A stretch of 28,917 nt of DNA, taken from a virus. Taxonomy: Duplodnaviria > Caudoviricetes. Location of the stretch: IMG/VR virus record IMGVR_UViG_3300036719_000099, positions 1 through 28,917 of that record; one strand, 5' to 3'. The notes under the pieces are model-generated. The model saw only the letters and a program-made list of their open reading frames with translations, was not told the DNA's origin and did no database searches. This document shows, in pieces, positions 8,397 to 18,371 of this stretch. A program made the position numbers and the translations under genes. The stretch's first letter is position 1, and each line of letters starts with the position of its first letter.

Positions 8397-9093
8397 GACG
8401 CAACCTCCTTCCGACACATTTTAGGGTCCAACCTCCAAGAATATCCCTAGATGACAGCCGTCCTTGCAGATGGTGAAGCATCATCTGATCGCCTAGGTAC
8501 ACGGCGCAGTGGTTGAGGCCGGGACTGCTGATGCTCATGAACAGCAGGTCACCTTTTTCTAGTTCTTCATCAGGCAGCAACTCGCGGAAACCTGTCACCT
8601 TCCAGCAATCATCAAAATACGGTTTGGCTTGAAAGTCTTCTGGGTTGGCGCAGCGCTCCCAGTCGCGTAGCTTGATGCCCTGCTCGGCATACCAGTCACG
8701 AACCAGTGTCCAGCAGTCATGCACTGCCCACACCCACTCGCGGCCAATCAATGGCGCCTTATAGCCGCATGGCTTGCATTCGCCCCAGGCTCCTAGGTTG
8801 GGATTGACGATGTACCAAGGCAAGCCGCTGGCTTCACATGCGGCGCGGTCTGCTGGTGATGGATGCGGTGGTGTGCTTGGGTGGCTGTGAACAATAGCCA
8901 ACACCTCGCCTTGATCTTCGGCTGCGGCGTAATCCTCAGTTGACAGCACAAACATCTGATCCGGTGCTGCCGCTTGGTTGCGACATGGGATGTAGTGCTC
9001 GCGGCCTTTGATGACCACCAGCAACCCACAGGCCTCGCGGGGTTGTTCCGCTTTGGCGTGCTCTAGTGCTGCGTCGCGCCAGATCATGGTCAT
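8386..9093 (-). CDS. Tail assembly protein, lambda gpK-like (JAB/MPN + NlpC/P60)
   Basis: PREACG and IVHSHP...PSPAD (JAB motif); [11 protein letters not shown] and NHCAVYLG...LHH (NlpC/P60). Confidence 0.93.
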   Translation of the reverse strand: MTMIWRDAALEHAKAEQPREACGLLVVIKGREHYIPCRNQAAAPDQMFVLSTEDYAAAEDQGEVLAIVHSHPSTPPHPSPADRAACEASGLPWYIVNPNLGAWGECKPCGYKAPLIGREWVWAVHDCWTLVRDWYAEQGIKLRDWERCANPEDFQAKPYFDDCWKVTGFRELLPDEELEKGDLLFMSISSPGLNHCAVYLGDQMMLHHLQGRLSSRDILGGWTLKCVGRRLRHAA

Positions 9094-10067
9094 CCGCTAA
9101 ATGTACCAACGCCAGGGAAGCCACCAAATGGCAATTCAGCATTTTGCCCGAACCGCAGGTGGCAGCTATTTAGTCGCTTGCCGCATACGTCACCGCTGGC
9201 ACTCAGCACCGACTGGTCTGCAGCATCAAAATAATTGGTGCCGGTGTAGCCGCATTCAGCAGAGCGGTAGGTCCATGGGCACAAGTTGGCGATGCACTGC
9301 CGCTTGGGTGCTCGCACGCCAGCAATGTCAAAACTAGCTGCCAGTTCAAACTCAACGAGGCTGCGATTTTCCGCACTCTTTCTATCTACATAATAAATTT
9401 CTCGCGGAAATTCGGCGCTGCCATCTTCACTGGGATTGATTGGCTCCAGCAGGAAACTACCGCCATCTTCAAGCAGCAACGCATCACCATCCTCAAGTAA
9501 AAGGATGTCACCGCTGGGTGGGTAGTTGACCGCATCAAGATATTTAGCCAGCGTGCGAATGCGCGTTACCTTTGCACCTTCCAGTCCAACCGGCAAACTG
9601 AGGATGATGGCCGTAACCGTGCCGAAGATATTGCTGACACGGATTTTTGGCCGTGGCAATGTCCCTTGGCCGCTGTATTCAAACCCATCGGCCTCAATCG
9701 GAAATCTTAGGTAGCTATTGCCACGCCAGATTACATCACCGTTATTGACCAAGCTGGTACCCGAGTGGAAACGATAAATCTCGTTACTGCCGTGGATAGC
9801 AGTGACCAGCTCCAACTCAAACAGCTCGATAATCGCGCTGGGGTTGGGCGACTGAAAATCACCCGACAGGATGGTAACCGCCATCCATGTAACGGTGCCA
9901 TCGACAGTGGTATTACCGATGACCGTCGGCCAGAACGGTTCCGTCGCGCTAGTTGTACCAGCAACCGTGCAGCGGAAGAAGAAGCCCGTCGCTGGTGGAA
10001 TCGTTGCCTGAACAACATCACCGACGTTGTAGGCGTAACTAGCTTGCCACAGTGCGGGTGCGCTCAT
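9090..10067 (-). CDS. Minor tail protein, lambda gpL-like, with an extra N-terminal CBM-like module
   Basis: [34 protein letters not shown], and the C-terminal Cys set [12 protein letters not shown]...CGKRLNSC, ending FGGFPG. N-terminal [13 protein letters not shown]...EPFWP...DGTVTW module. Confidence 0.92.
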   Translation of the reverse strand: MSAPALWQASYAYNVGDVVQATIPPATGFFFRCTVAGTTSATEPFWPTVIGNTTVDGTVTWMAVTILSGDFQSPNPSAIIELFELELVTAIHGSNEIYRFHSGTSLVNNGDVIWRGNSYLRFPIEADGFEYSGQGTLPRPKIRVSNIFGTVTAIILSLPVGLEGAKVTRIRTLAKYLDAVNYPPSGDILLLEDGDALLLEDGGSFLLEPINPSEDGSAEFPREIYYVDRKSAENRSLVEFELAASFDIAGVRAPKRQCIANLCPWTYRSAECGYTGTNYFDAADQSVLSASGDVCGKRLNSCHLRFGQNAELPFGGFPGVGTFSG

Positions 10068-10765
10068 GGTTCAAATACCCTTTTGAACGTTGCGCCAACA
10101 CTGTTGTTATTGAAGTTCATGTATTGAATACTCCATTCGCTGCAGACGAATTTAGCCGTTTGACCGCTCCTTGGATCCGTCCAAGCAAATCCTGTAACGC
10201 CTTTAGCGCCGCGCAGATAATCACGGATTTGATTGCGCTCAGCATTTGTTCGGTTATCAAATGCAAGCGTCCAAGTCTCCTCTTGCGGTTGCAAGCCAAA
10301 GGCAATGCGTTGGCGGTAGCCATCTCCAAATGTGGTGACCTGTGCGCGGCTATCAAACGAATGCTTGGCCGAGAATTCTGGTATCCAAGAAAATGCAACA
10401 GTTGGCTCCGCAGGCAATGTCAGGTTGGGGCCCTCTGGCAAATACTGCAATTCAAACGTGGCGCTGATAGTGCTGTAATTGCAAGAGTCAAGCGTTGTAT
10501 CCCACGAAGGGCAGACAAAACTTGCCGTCTCGCCAAATGGCGTCTCCCATTGAAATGGTTCGGTTCCAGCACGCGCTTGAAGGAAGCTATAAATGCCATC
10601 ACGATCAGCGCTGGTGCGACCACTGAATGTCAGCTCCCAAGTGTCCTGCAAAGGATTGAGGCCGAATGTTGTGCGATGCTCGTAACTGGGATAAACGACT
10701 TGGCTGACGCGCGGCTTAGTGCTTTCTTGCACCGGGAAGTCAGGGACGTAGGTGAATGTGGCCAT
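10064..10765 (-). CDS. Distal tail protein, lambda gpM-like, two tandem domains
   Basis: Two similar halves: TFTYVPDF...FGLNPLQDTWELTF...FQWETP...FVCPSW...ISATFE and FSWIPEF...FGDGYRQR..FGLQPQEETWTLAF...FAWTDP...FVCSEW...[11 protein letters not shown]. Confidence 0.88.
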   Translation of the reverse strand: MATFTYVPDFPVQESTKPRVSQVVYPSYEHRTTFGLNPLQDTWELTFSGRTSADRDGIYSFLQARAGTEPFQWETPFGETASFVCPSWDTTLDSCNYSTISATFELQYLPEGPNLTLPAEPTVAFSWIPEFSAKHSFDSRAQVTTFGDGYRQRIAFGLQPQEETWTLAFDNRTNAERNQIRDYLRGAKGVTGFAWTDPRSGQTAKFVCSEWSIQYMNFNNNSVGATFKRVFEP

Positions 10766-10768
10766 GCT

Positions 10769-13700
10769 TTACCTACCTCCCGAAAGTAAGCCACCAGGGC
10801 GCTGCTGCTTAATCAGCTCGGCTTGCACTGCGCCGGCAATCACACGGCCCAACGCAGCGCCCTGCGCAGAGTCGCCTTGCACCTGCGTGCCCTTGGCATC
10901 AACACTGACATTAACAGTGGTGGCGCCACTGCCGCCCCCCGCAACGCCAAGCTTGCCGTCTGGACCGCGCTTGAGTGGCATGATCGCTTCAGGTCCAGCT
11001 TCACCCATGACTCCTGTAGCCATGGCGCTGCCACGAGCAAACTTAAACAGCGTTGGACTGTTGACGATGCCTCCCTTGGCATAAGGGACGATTCCGTTTT
11101 GCGCGAAGGCGTTGCCGTTGGCATTCAAGACGCCTAGAGGGTTATTGATTGAAGCGGGAGCAGACAAATCAGAGAGTCCAGCTCCCCCAGCTGCAGCGCC
11201 AGCGGTGGGATTGAAGATCCTTACAATCGTGTTCAAGATCGCCAGCTTGATCCATTCCGCAATCATCTTGGCGGCCATGTCAGCGAAATACTCGGCCACG
11301 CTGCTGAAGAAGCCAGCCAATGCTTCCTTGGCACTCACGCTGCCGGTAATGACGCCCTTGAATGCATTGCCAAATGCATCGCCAATTGCGGTGGCGGCGC
11401 CGACGACCTGATTGCCAACATTAAGCAGCTCATTCAATCCACCCTGGATCCTTTCAATCTCGGCGCCAATAATTGTTGAGGGAGAGTCATTGCTAGCAAT
11501 ACGATCCTGCTCAGCCTTGCCCTCGCCCTTAATTCTTTCAAGTTCCTTGCGTTGCCGCTCGATCTCATCAGCAGAAGCGCCATCAGCCTGAGCCTTGACA
11601 AGCGCTGCCTCTGCGGCGCGAATTGTCTCCTCAACCACTTTCTTGGTCTCAAGATACTGTCTTGCTGTAGCTGGCAAGGTCCCCTGCGCAATCAATTCAC
11701 CATATTCACGCTCAAAAGAAGCACGATCTTTGAATTCCGCCATTTGCTTGGATGCGGTTTCCATTGATTTTTTTAACTCATCATTTGCTTTCTTCTCTTG
11801 CTCGGCAAGACTAAAAACAAGCTTTGCGGATTCTTGAATTGATTGCTTTTTAAGTATTTCAAGCCTTAGCTCTTTATCCTTGGACGGAATTTTTTCTAGA
11901 TCAAGTTTTGCTGCCTCGGATACCAATCGCGTTTGAGCAACAAGCGTTTGCAGGATTGCGGCCTCACGCTCATCACCAGCTAACTTCGCTTGAGAAATTA
12001 ACGACTCAGCTTCAAGCAGCTGATCCATCAAGTTCAATTCAATGCGCAATTCAGCGGCGCGACTTTCTGGTCCCTTGGCGCCCTTGCCGCCCCCCTTGCC
12101 ACCGCCGTCCCCTGCACCCGTGCCTCGACCAAAATTAAAAGAACGTGTTCGCGTGGATCGAAAACGGACCTGAGAGCTAGGTGCTCCATAGCGCCCAAAT
12201 CCACCGGTATCCCCAAAAGTGCCGACAGGCCCGCCCTGCGCGGCGCGGCTGGAAGCGCCAGCGGCATACTGAGCTGCGCCTGCTAGCAGGCCTGCAGTAT
12301 TCCCGCCCAGAATGCTGCGAATTGGCGCAGGCAAATTCTGCCACCAATTGGCAATAAGACTACTCAATCCGTTAAATGCTGCCGAAGCATTGGACTGCAT
12401 GTTTGAAAAAGCGTCCGCCCAAGCGCTATCAGTATTTTCAGCGCTTACTTGGCCAGACTGAGATACAGAACCAAAAACATCATCAAACAATTGCTGAATA
12501 AACGACGCAGCTGGAGAGAGACTGTCTCCCAAGTTTTCAAAAGCCTGTCCGACATCACTCGCAGCTGCCTGACCATCTTCTTTAATTTGCTCCATGCTGC
12601 GCTTAAAGTCTCCCGCAACAACATTTCCAATGTTGTCAACCCAGTTTCTAAAGATTTCATTGGTGTCATAAACCGCTTTGCCAAGCAGCCCCAGGCCAAC
12701 AACTCCCGCCGCCACCCAGCCAAATGGCGATATGCCAAGCAATGCAGCCTTCAACCCTTGCACAGCCAGACTTGCCGTGCCAGCGATGCCACCCATTTGC
12801 GCGATGGCGGCAGAAACCTTAACAAAGGCCGCTGCAGCATTTGTTGCTATTGGAATTGCGGCTGCTATTGCGCCCAGCCCCAGCAAAGCCTTAAGCCCTC
12901 CTACGATTACTCCAGAATTATCAGCAATGGTTTTAGCGATAGCAGCAATACTTGCAGCAAAGTTGATAATATTTTGCTCATTTTCAATTAAAATATTTGA
13001 AACAATTTCCTGGAACTGTGCGCCAACTGGCTGCAGCTCACGCCCAACCGCTTCTCGCAATCGGGCAAAAGTGACCTGAATTCGATCACCAGCAGCCTGA
13101 CTGCTGGCTGCAATTTCATTTGCAGAACTGCCATAACGGGTACTCAATGCTTGCACAAATTTCATGAAGTCATTAAGTCCGACTTCACCGCCCTCCAGCA
13201 ACTTATCCAATTCTTGCGGGGTCTTGCCAATGGATTGCGCAAATAGCGTGAATGCACCAGGGAGTCGCTCACCAATTTGCTGCCGCAATTCTTCGGCGCT
13301 TACCTTGCCTTTGCTAAACACCTGCGCCGTAGCCCGCAACGCAGCTTCCATGTCATTCAAGTTGCCACCCGTACCACGGATACCAGCAGCAATTCCCTCA
13401 AATGCCAATTTGGCGGCGTCAACATTGCCACCAGCGCCGATCACGCTGGCCGATAGCTGAGTGAATTGCTTATTCAACTGATCCTGAGGAATCGCCAATC
13501 GACGGCTAGTGGCATCAATAAATTGCAAGCTCTTTTCGTACTCAGCTTGGCTGCCAACCACATTGCGCAGAGCAATCCGCTGCTTGTCGATTTCAGCCGT
13601 GAAGGCCGCCATCTGGCCTAGCGATTGCCGAATCATTCCTGCCTGCGCACCAATGGCAGCACCAGCAAAGGCGCCAGGCACGCCGCCAACTGCTGTGCCG

Positions 13701-14989
13701 ATTGCGCCACCAATGGCGCCCTCAGGACCACCAAAGATGCCACCACTGATGACAGCGCCAGCCGCTTGGGTGGCTTCCATGGCGCCAAGGCGGCGGCGGC
13801 GGCCCTGCATCCGCTGCATTCGGCGGTCGATTGCAGCCATAGCCTGATCGGCTTCCCTGGCAACCTTTCCGTAGTCAACGCTTAGTGGGCTGATCGTGGT
13901 GCGAAGTTGTTGCCAAGCATCACGCTGTTGTTGCAGGCTGCGGACGCTGCCATCCGAAGAAGCCGCAACAGTGCGAATTTGTTGTGCAACTTCCCCATAG
14001 GTGCGGCCCATGAGTTGCGCAGCGTTTGCACCGGCTTGGCCGCTGATTGCTCCAATAGAGCGGAATAGTTCACTTGGCGCTTCTGGGCCAAACATTTCCC
14101 CCGTCAAGCCGCGCCCAGCAATCCCCGCTCGCTTTGCACGATTTCTTTCGATAGAACGGCTAACCGCATCCCGGGCACGCAGAGCATCATTCTCTGCATT
14201 GATCGCTCTTAGGTTTGCAATGCGATCATTGATTTCATCTTTGCGAGCCTTGTTAGCCTCTCCCGTAACGCGATCAAGCTCCTGTTGTACTGTTTTAATT
14301 TCACTAAGGCGTTGCTTGTAATCACGAAGCGTGTAATTAGTATTTTGCAGGTCTTCTCGCAGCTCGACAAGTCGAAGACTTAGTGCAGCAGTTGTTTTTG
14401 GTAGCTCCTGCTCCGGCGTCATCGCACCAATCAATGGTGCCCCAACCGCCTGTGCGCCAGCAATTACGCCCTGGCGAGCCTGCGCCCGCCCAAAAGCCGT
14501 CTCCCTAATTGTGATTTCAGTGAGTTTGTCGCCATATGCCCGGGCGCTGACGCTTATGCCATCCAGCTCACGCCGCAATGCAGCAAGCTGAATGCGGAAG
14601 GCTTCGGGGCGACGGGCAGGAAATTGATTTGCAATTTGCCGATCAGTTTGCTCAGCAGCACGGCCAACAGCTTTGTAATCCTGTTCCAGGCTTTTAAGTG
14701 TTTTGCTGAGCCGGGTTACATCATTGGCAAGTTGTGAGTAAACATTGCCGCCAACAGTGGCCTGTGTGCGCAGCGTTTGAAGCGCCTGAATCTGACCCTT
14801 TAGTGCTTGCTCGCTATTATTTAGGCTCTTGGCGTATTCATTGATCTGCTTACGAGCAGATTCAATTTGCGTGTCAGTAAGAGTTGTTGCGCGGCCTAGC
14901 TCACGAAAACCACTCGCAATCTTTTTTAGCTCCTCACCGCCTTCAAACTTAAGTTGAACCAGCAGCTCCTCAATCCGGTTCCTAGCCAT
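10769..14989 (-). CDS. Tape measure protein
   Basis: 1406 aa, helical and Ala-rich; tape-measure motif QVFSKGKVSAEELRQQIGERLPGA; lambda-type C-terminus ANGNAF...MGEAGPEAIMPL...QQRPGGLL. Confidence 0.95.
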   Translation of the reverse strand: MARNRIEELLVQLKFEGGEELKKIASGFRELGRATTLTDTQIESARKQINEYAKSLNNSEQALKGQIQALQTLRTQATVGGNVYSQLANDVTRLSKTLKSLEQDYKAVGRAAEQTDRQIANQFPARRPEAFRIQLAALRRELDGISVSARAYGDKLTEITIRETAFGRAQARQGVIAGAQAVGAPLIGAMTPEQELPKTTAALSLRLVELREDLQNTNYTLRDYKQRLSEIKTVQQELDRVTGEANKARKDEINDRIANLRAINAENDALRARDAVSRSIERNRAKRAGIAGRGLTGEMFGPEAPSELFRSIGAISGQAGANAAQLMGRTYGEVAQQIRTVAASSDGSVRSLQQQRDAWQQLRTTISPLSVDYGKVAREADQAMAAIDRRMQRMQGRRRRLGAMEATQAAGAVISGGIFGGPEGAIGGAIGTAVGGVPGAFAGAAIGAQAGMIRQSLGQMAAFTAEIDKQRIALRNVVGSQAEYEKSLQFIDATSRRLAIPQDQLNKQFTQLSASVIGAGGNVDAAKLAFEGIAAGIRGTGGNLNDMEAALRATAQVFSKGKVSAEELRQQIGERLPGAFTLFAQSIGKTPQELDKLLEGGEVGLNDFMKFVQALSTRYGSSANEIAASSQAAGDRIQVTFARLREAVGRELQPVGAQFQEIVSNILIENEQNIINFAASIAAIAKTIADNSGVIVGGLKALLGLGAIAAAIPIATNAAAAFVKVSAAIAQMGGIAGTASLAVQGLKAALLGISPFGWVAAGVVGLGLLGKAVYDTNEIFRNWVDNIGNVVAGDFKRSMEQIKEDGQAAASDVGQAFENLGDSLSPAASFIQQLFDDVFGSVSQSGQVSAENTDSAWADAFSNMQSNASAAFNGLSSLIANWWQNLPAPIRSILGGNTAGLLAGAAQYAAGASSRAAQGGPVGTFGDTGGFGRYGAPSSQVRFRSTRTRSFNFGRGTGAGDGGGKGGGKGAKGPESRAAELRIELNLMDQLLEAESLISQAKLAGDEREAAILQTLVAQTRLVSEAAKLDLEKIPSKDKELRLEILKKQSIQESAKLVFSLAEQEKKANDELKKSMETASKQMAEFKDRASFEREYGELIAQGTLPATARQYLETKKVVEETIRAAEAALVKAQADGASADEIERQRKELERIKGEGKAEQDRIASNDSPSTIIGAEIERIQGGLNELLNVGNQVVGAATAIGDAFGNAFKGVITGSVSAKEALAGFFSSVAEYFADMAAKMIAEWIKLAILNTIVRIFNPTAGAAAGGAGLSDLSAPASINNPLGVLNANGNAFAQNGIVPYAKGGIVNSPTLFKFARGSAMATGVMGEAGPEAIMPLKRGPDGKLGVAGGGSGATTVNVSVDAKGTQVQGDSAQGAALGRVIAGAVQAELIKQQRPGGLLSGGR

Positions 14990-15341
14990 TGGCTTTCTCC
15001 TTGTGAAGCTCGGCTAGGGCTGCGGTCTCCATGATCTGCAGGTCTTCCAACATGCCACGCCGGTCCTTGACATCATAAAGCTCAAACATCCCCCCGGCAC
15101 CCAGAAGCACTTCATATTTCATCCCGGTGTAGCCCGCCATGCTCACCTGCCACTGCGTACCCATACGCAGGAACATCATCACTGTTTCCCAGTTGTCATC
15201 CCAAACCAAAAAGCCCTCAGGCCTTGAGGGCTTGTTCTCAACGGGCAGGATCAAGCCAAATGCCTTGGCGTCATCATCCGTCTTGTCATCTACCGGCTGC
15301 GCACCCCCTGCCCAGTGGATCGCAGCGTCTCTTAGTTTCCC
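14982..15341 (-). CDS. Tail assembly chaperone gpT segment (DUF1799-like), expressed as gpGT by -1 frameshift
   Basis: The -1 frame is open from the slippery site: GKLRDAAIHWAGG...AFGLILPVENKP...VWDDNWETVMMFLRMGTQW...LQIMETAALAEL. Confidence 0.85.
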   Translation of the reverse strand, partial: GKLRDAAIHWAGGAQPVDDKTDDDAKAFGLILPVENKPSRPEGFLVWDDNWETVMMFLRMGTQWQVSMAGYTGMKYEVLLGAGGMFELYDVKDRRGMLEDLQIMETAALAELHKEKANG

Positions 15342-15658
15342 TCCCGTGCCGCGTTGAAGGTCTCGGTGTAAGCCTTCAGTACACCACGGATCCAGTAGGG
15401 ATCATCAGCGAATTCTTTGACGGCTGCCTGGGAGAACGGAATGGGCTTGCCATCCTCATCATCCATGCCGTCCCAGTTGACAAGCACTGCCTGTAACATC
15501 TGCACGTCGCCTTTCTCGCTCAACTTGGCGAACTCAGTACGCCCCAGCCGCTTGAACGTGGCATCAAAGGTGCTGGAGTCAAAGGTGCCGCCATCAGACG
15601 GCTCTTCCACCGTGACGGGCCACTTGAAGGTTTTAACCTTCTTTCGGATAAAAGTCAT
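15332..15658 (-). CDS. Tail assembly chaperone gpG
   Basis: 108 aa between tail tube and TMP; FKWPVTVEEP...VNWDGMDDEDGKPIPFS; ends GAG GGA AAC TAA. Confidence 0.88.
   Translation of the reverse strand: MTFIRKKVKTFKWPVTVEEPSDGGTFDSSTFDATFKRLGRTEFAKLSEKGDVQMLQAVLVNWDGMDDEDGKPIPFSQAAVKEFADDPYWIRGVLKAYTETFNAAREGN
15335..15341 (-). other. Programmed -1 ribosomal frameshift site G GGA AAC
   Basis: X XXY YYZ heptamer in the correct phase immediately before the gpG stop; the -1 frame joins the 14982..15254 ORF with no intervening stop. Confidence 0.88.
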
Positions 15659-15690
15659 GTGAGGTACTGGACTGCTACAAGCATACAGTC

Positions 15691-15738
15691 AAACAAAAAA
15701 AATGGCCTCACGCCTTGGTTAAATGCGCTGCGCAGCCT
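15691..15738 (-). terminator. Possible terminator after the second tail tube gene
   Basis: GC-rich imperfect stem (GGCTGCGC...GCGTGAGGCC) followed by a run of 9 T on the minus strand; the stem is weak. Confidence 0.4.
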
Positions 15739-15742
15739 CGGG

Positions 15743-17008
15743 CTAGGCAAAAACCAGCTTGAATTCGTCGTTGCCGTTGGTCGATGGCGTTGCCACATAC
15801 GGGATGGAAAGGCCTTGGATGCTCTCTGCGTCTTCATAGTCAGGATCCACCAAGTCAATTCGGCTGGACAGCAGCGCCACCAGATTTCCAGCAGTCTTTC
15901 CATGGATGAAGGACAAATCACCTGCAGCGGGGTCGGTTGGATCTAGGTAAATACGCTCAGAATCTTCGTAAAGCAAATCGAAAGAATCCTCGGTCAATAA
16001 GGCGTCAACAGGGTCCATCTCGCCGCCCAGCGCTGCAGCGAAAAAATCCTTCCCACTGACCCCAGCCAAGACTGGCGCCTCTATTTCAACGCTGCCATTC
16101 ACGTCACGACCCGTGATGAATACCTCCTCATGGCAATTGAGCAGATCACGAAAAATCAGTTCGTTGCCCAATTCCATGACGACTGATCGAAGACAGCCAC
16201 GGAATCCAAGCAGGGCAAAAGCACCTGTGTTGCCAGCCTTGAAAATACTTGGCGGCCCCTGATTGGCATATGTCACCGCCGGCAACGCAGTATCCGTTGG
16301 AGGGTTGTAAATGCCGTTGAAAACAAACTCAATGGCCGGTATCGAGCCCAAGTCCGCAACTACGGCACAGGTGCCCCTGCATCCGGTAATACGATGAAGC
16401 GTTCCATCAACATTGTAATAAATAGTTGTTGACTGTGGATTGTCGCTAATAGGTTCGTAGATAGTGGAAACATCAATGCTGTAAACACTTGTACTGTCGT
16501 AAGTTGTATTGTTGTTCAAGGGTCGAATTGATGCAACCTTACTGGCGCCGACATAATCAATAATCAGCCCAAGTGTTCCTTGCCCCAATCCGCCAGTCAC
16601 TCGAATAATTCGGCCAACGTAAACACGCTCAACCGAGCTAGCACTGGCATCAAGCGTGATTGCATTGACTCCACCCCCAGCCGCAGTGCCTGCAACCGGG
16701 CCGCTTGTCACTGTTTCGCTCAGCGAACAGGCCTTCAGCAGTGAGCTGAATTGTGGTGTCACTCCGACTACGCCGCTGCCTGTCAGCTCAACACTCATTG
16801 ATACTTCGACACGAGTATTGGCCAGCAACTGCTCCGAAGCGCCGTAATACGGACGCACGGTCTCACGATCAACTACTTCGCTTTGCAGCGGAATAATTTC
16901 CAAGTCAAAAACGTGTATGGCATCAAAAGCTCCACTAGGAGCTGAATCAATGCCATACACGCCCTCAATTTTGGAAAGGATCAGTCGCTTCTTGGTAAGT
17001 TGCACCAT
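15743..17008 (-). CDS. Tail tube protein paralog 2 (minor/divergent copy with an acidic insertion)
   Basis: Colinear with 17033..18196 (LTKKRLIL, RPYYGASEQLLANTRVE, IFKAGNTGAF, GNDEFKLVFA) plus an insertion of about 30 aa. Confidence 0.85.
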   Translation of the reverse strand: MVQLTKKRLILSKIEGVYGIDSAPSGAFDAIHVFDLEIIPLQSEVVDRETVRPYYGASEQLLANTRVEVSMSVELTGSGVVGVTPQFSSLLKACSLSETVTSGPVAGTAAGGGVNAITLDASASSVERVYVGRIIRVTGGLGQGTLGLIIDYVGASKVASIRPLNNNTTYDSTSVYSIDVSTIYEPISDNPQSTTIYYNVDGTLHRITGCRGTCAVVADLGSIPAIEFVFNGIYNPPTDTALPAVTYANQGPPSIFKAGNTGAFALLGFRGCLRSVVMELGNELIFRDLLNCHEEVFITGRDVNGSVEIEAPVLAGVSGKDFFAAALGGEMDPVDALLTEDSFDLLYEDSERIYLDPTDPAAGDLSFIHGKTAGNLVALLSSRIDLVDPDYEDAESIQGLSIPYVATPSTNGNDEFKLVFA

Positions 17009-17032
17009 GATGGCGCTACCGCTGAAGCCACC

Positions 17033-18196
17033 CTAGGCGAAGACGAGCCTAAACTCGTCATTACCAGCCGTGCTCGGGATTGCCGTGTAAGGCAGCGACA
17101 GCATGTGAATGCCATCTTGATCCTGATAGCTGGGGTCACCGATGTCCACGCGGGTGGACTGCAACGCCACGATGTTGCCACCAGTGGTGCCATGGATGAA
17201 TGAAAGCTCACCCAGGGTGCCGTCAGTCAACGCAGCAGTGAAATAGTCCTTCTGCGCGATGGTCGGTGCCTCGATCACAACCGTGCCAGTGGTGGCGCGA
17301 TCAGTGATCAGCACTTCCTTGGTGCAGCCCACCAGCTCCCGATACACCGTGCTGTTGCCCAGGTCCATCGAAACAGACTGGAGGCAGCCGCTGTAATCCA
17401 GCAGGGTGAAGGCACCGCTGTTACCAGCCTTGAAGATCCGAGGCGTTGCCTGATCGGCGTAGGTGACGCTCGGCGCAGCAGTGTCGGTCGGAGCGTTGTA
17501 AACCCCGGTCATCGTGAAGTCGATGGTCGGGATTTCGCCAACAGCAGTGTTGATCGAGAACGTGCCACGGCAACCAGTGAGCTTGTGCAGCACACCGTCA
17601 ATGTTGTAGTGAAGCGTCACCGAACCAAACGTGGAACTCACCGGGGTGTAAACCACGTGAGCGTCAATGCTGTAAACGCTGGTGTTATTCAGGGTCACCG
17701 CAGCGCCAATGGAACGCAGCGTGGCGACCTTGGTCGAGCCAACGTAATCGGTGATCAAGAACACCGAGCCAACGCCAAGACCAGAAGTGATGCGAATCAC
17801 TTGGCCGTTGTAAAAGTCGTTGTTGGAGCTAGCGCCAGCAGCCAAGGTGATGCTGTTGGAGCCACCAGCAGTGGCAGTGCCGGTCACAGCAGGCGAAACA
17901 GTCGTCTCAGCCAAAGCACATGCCTTGAGCACCTTGCCAAAGCGTGGCGCGGTGCCAGCAGTGCCACTGCCAGCCAGTTCCACGCTGAAGGTGCATTCAA
18001 CGCGAGTGTTGGCGAGCAGTTGCTCGGATGCACCCAGATAGGGTCGCACCAGATCGCGGTTGACCACATCACTCTGCTGAGGAGTGATGTTCAGATCCCG
18101 CACCAAAATGGCATCAGCGCCATCGGGCGAAGGGTCAACCCCGTAGCTGGACTCCGTCTCCGCCAGAATCAGGCGTTTGCGTGTCAGAAGTGGCAT
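17033..18196 (-). CDS. Major tail tube protein (paralog 1)
   Basis: MPLLTRKRLILAETESSYGVDP...SVELAGSGTAGTAP...LHKLTGCRGT...GNDEFRLVFA; lies between the terminator protein and the chaperones. Confidence 0.88.
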   Translation of the reverse strand: MPLLTRKRLILAETESSYGVDPSPDGADAILVRDLNITPQQSDVVNRDLVRPYLGASEQLLANTRVECTFSVELAGSGTAGTAPRFGKVLKACALAETTVSPAVTGTATAGGSNSITLAAGASSNNDFYNGQVIRITSGLGVGSVFLITDYVGSTKVATLRSIGAAVTLNNTSVYSIDAHVVYTPVSSTFGSVTLHYNIDGVLHKLTGCRGTFSINTAVGEIPTIDFTMTGVYNAPTDTAAPSVTYADQATPRIFKAGNSGAFTLLDYSGCLQSVSMDLGNSTVYRELVGCTKEVLITDRATTGTVVIEAPTIAQKDYFTAALTDGTLGELSFIHGTTGGNIVALQSTRVDIGDPSYQDQDGIHMLSLPYTAIPSTAGNDEFRLVFA

Positions 18197-18371
18197 CGGA
18201 AATTACCTCTTGGATTTCAGGTTCCCCCGCCATTCCTGGTGGGAGTGTGCGTTGCACCAAGGTGCGAACGCCGGTCTCGGAGTCAAGGATGTACGAGCCA
18301 CCTTGCCCTTGGTACGCATCTACAACAATAGGTTGAGGTGCTTGGTACTCCTTGCGTTGACGTGATGTCAT
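18135..18371 (-). CDS. Small hypothetical protein overlapping the tail tube start
   Basis: DAYQGQGGSYILDSETGVRTLVQRT motif, which I recall preceding tail tube genes in related phages; ATGA overlap with the upstream stop; start uncertain. Confidence 0.55.
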   Translation of the reverse strand: MTSRQRKEYQAPQPIVVDAYQGQGGSYILDSETGVRTLVQRTLPPGMAGEPEIQEVISDATSDTQTPDSGGDGVQLRG

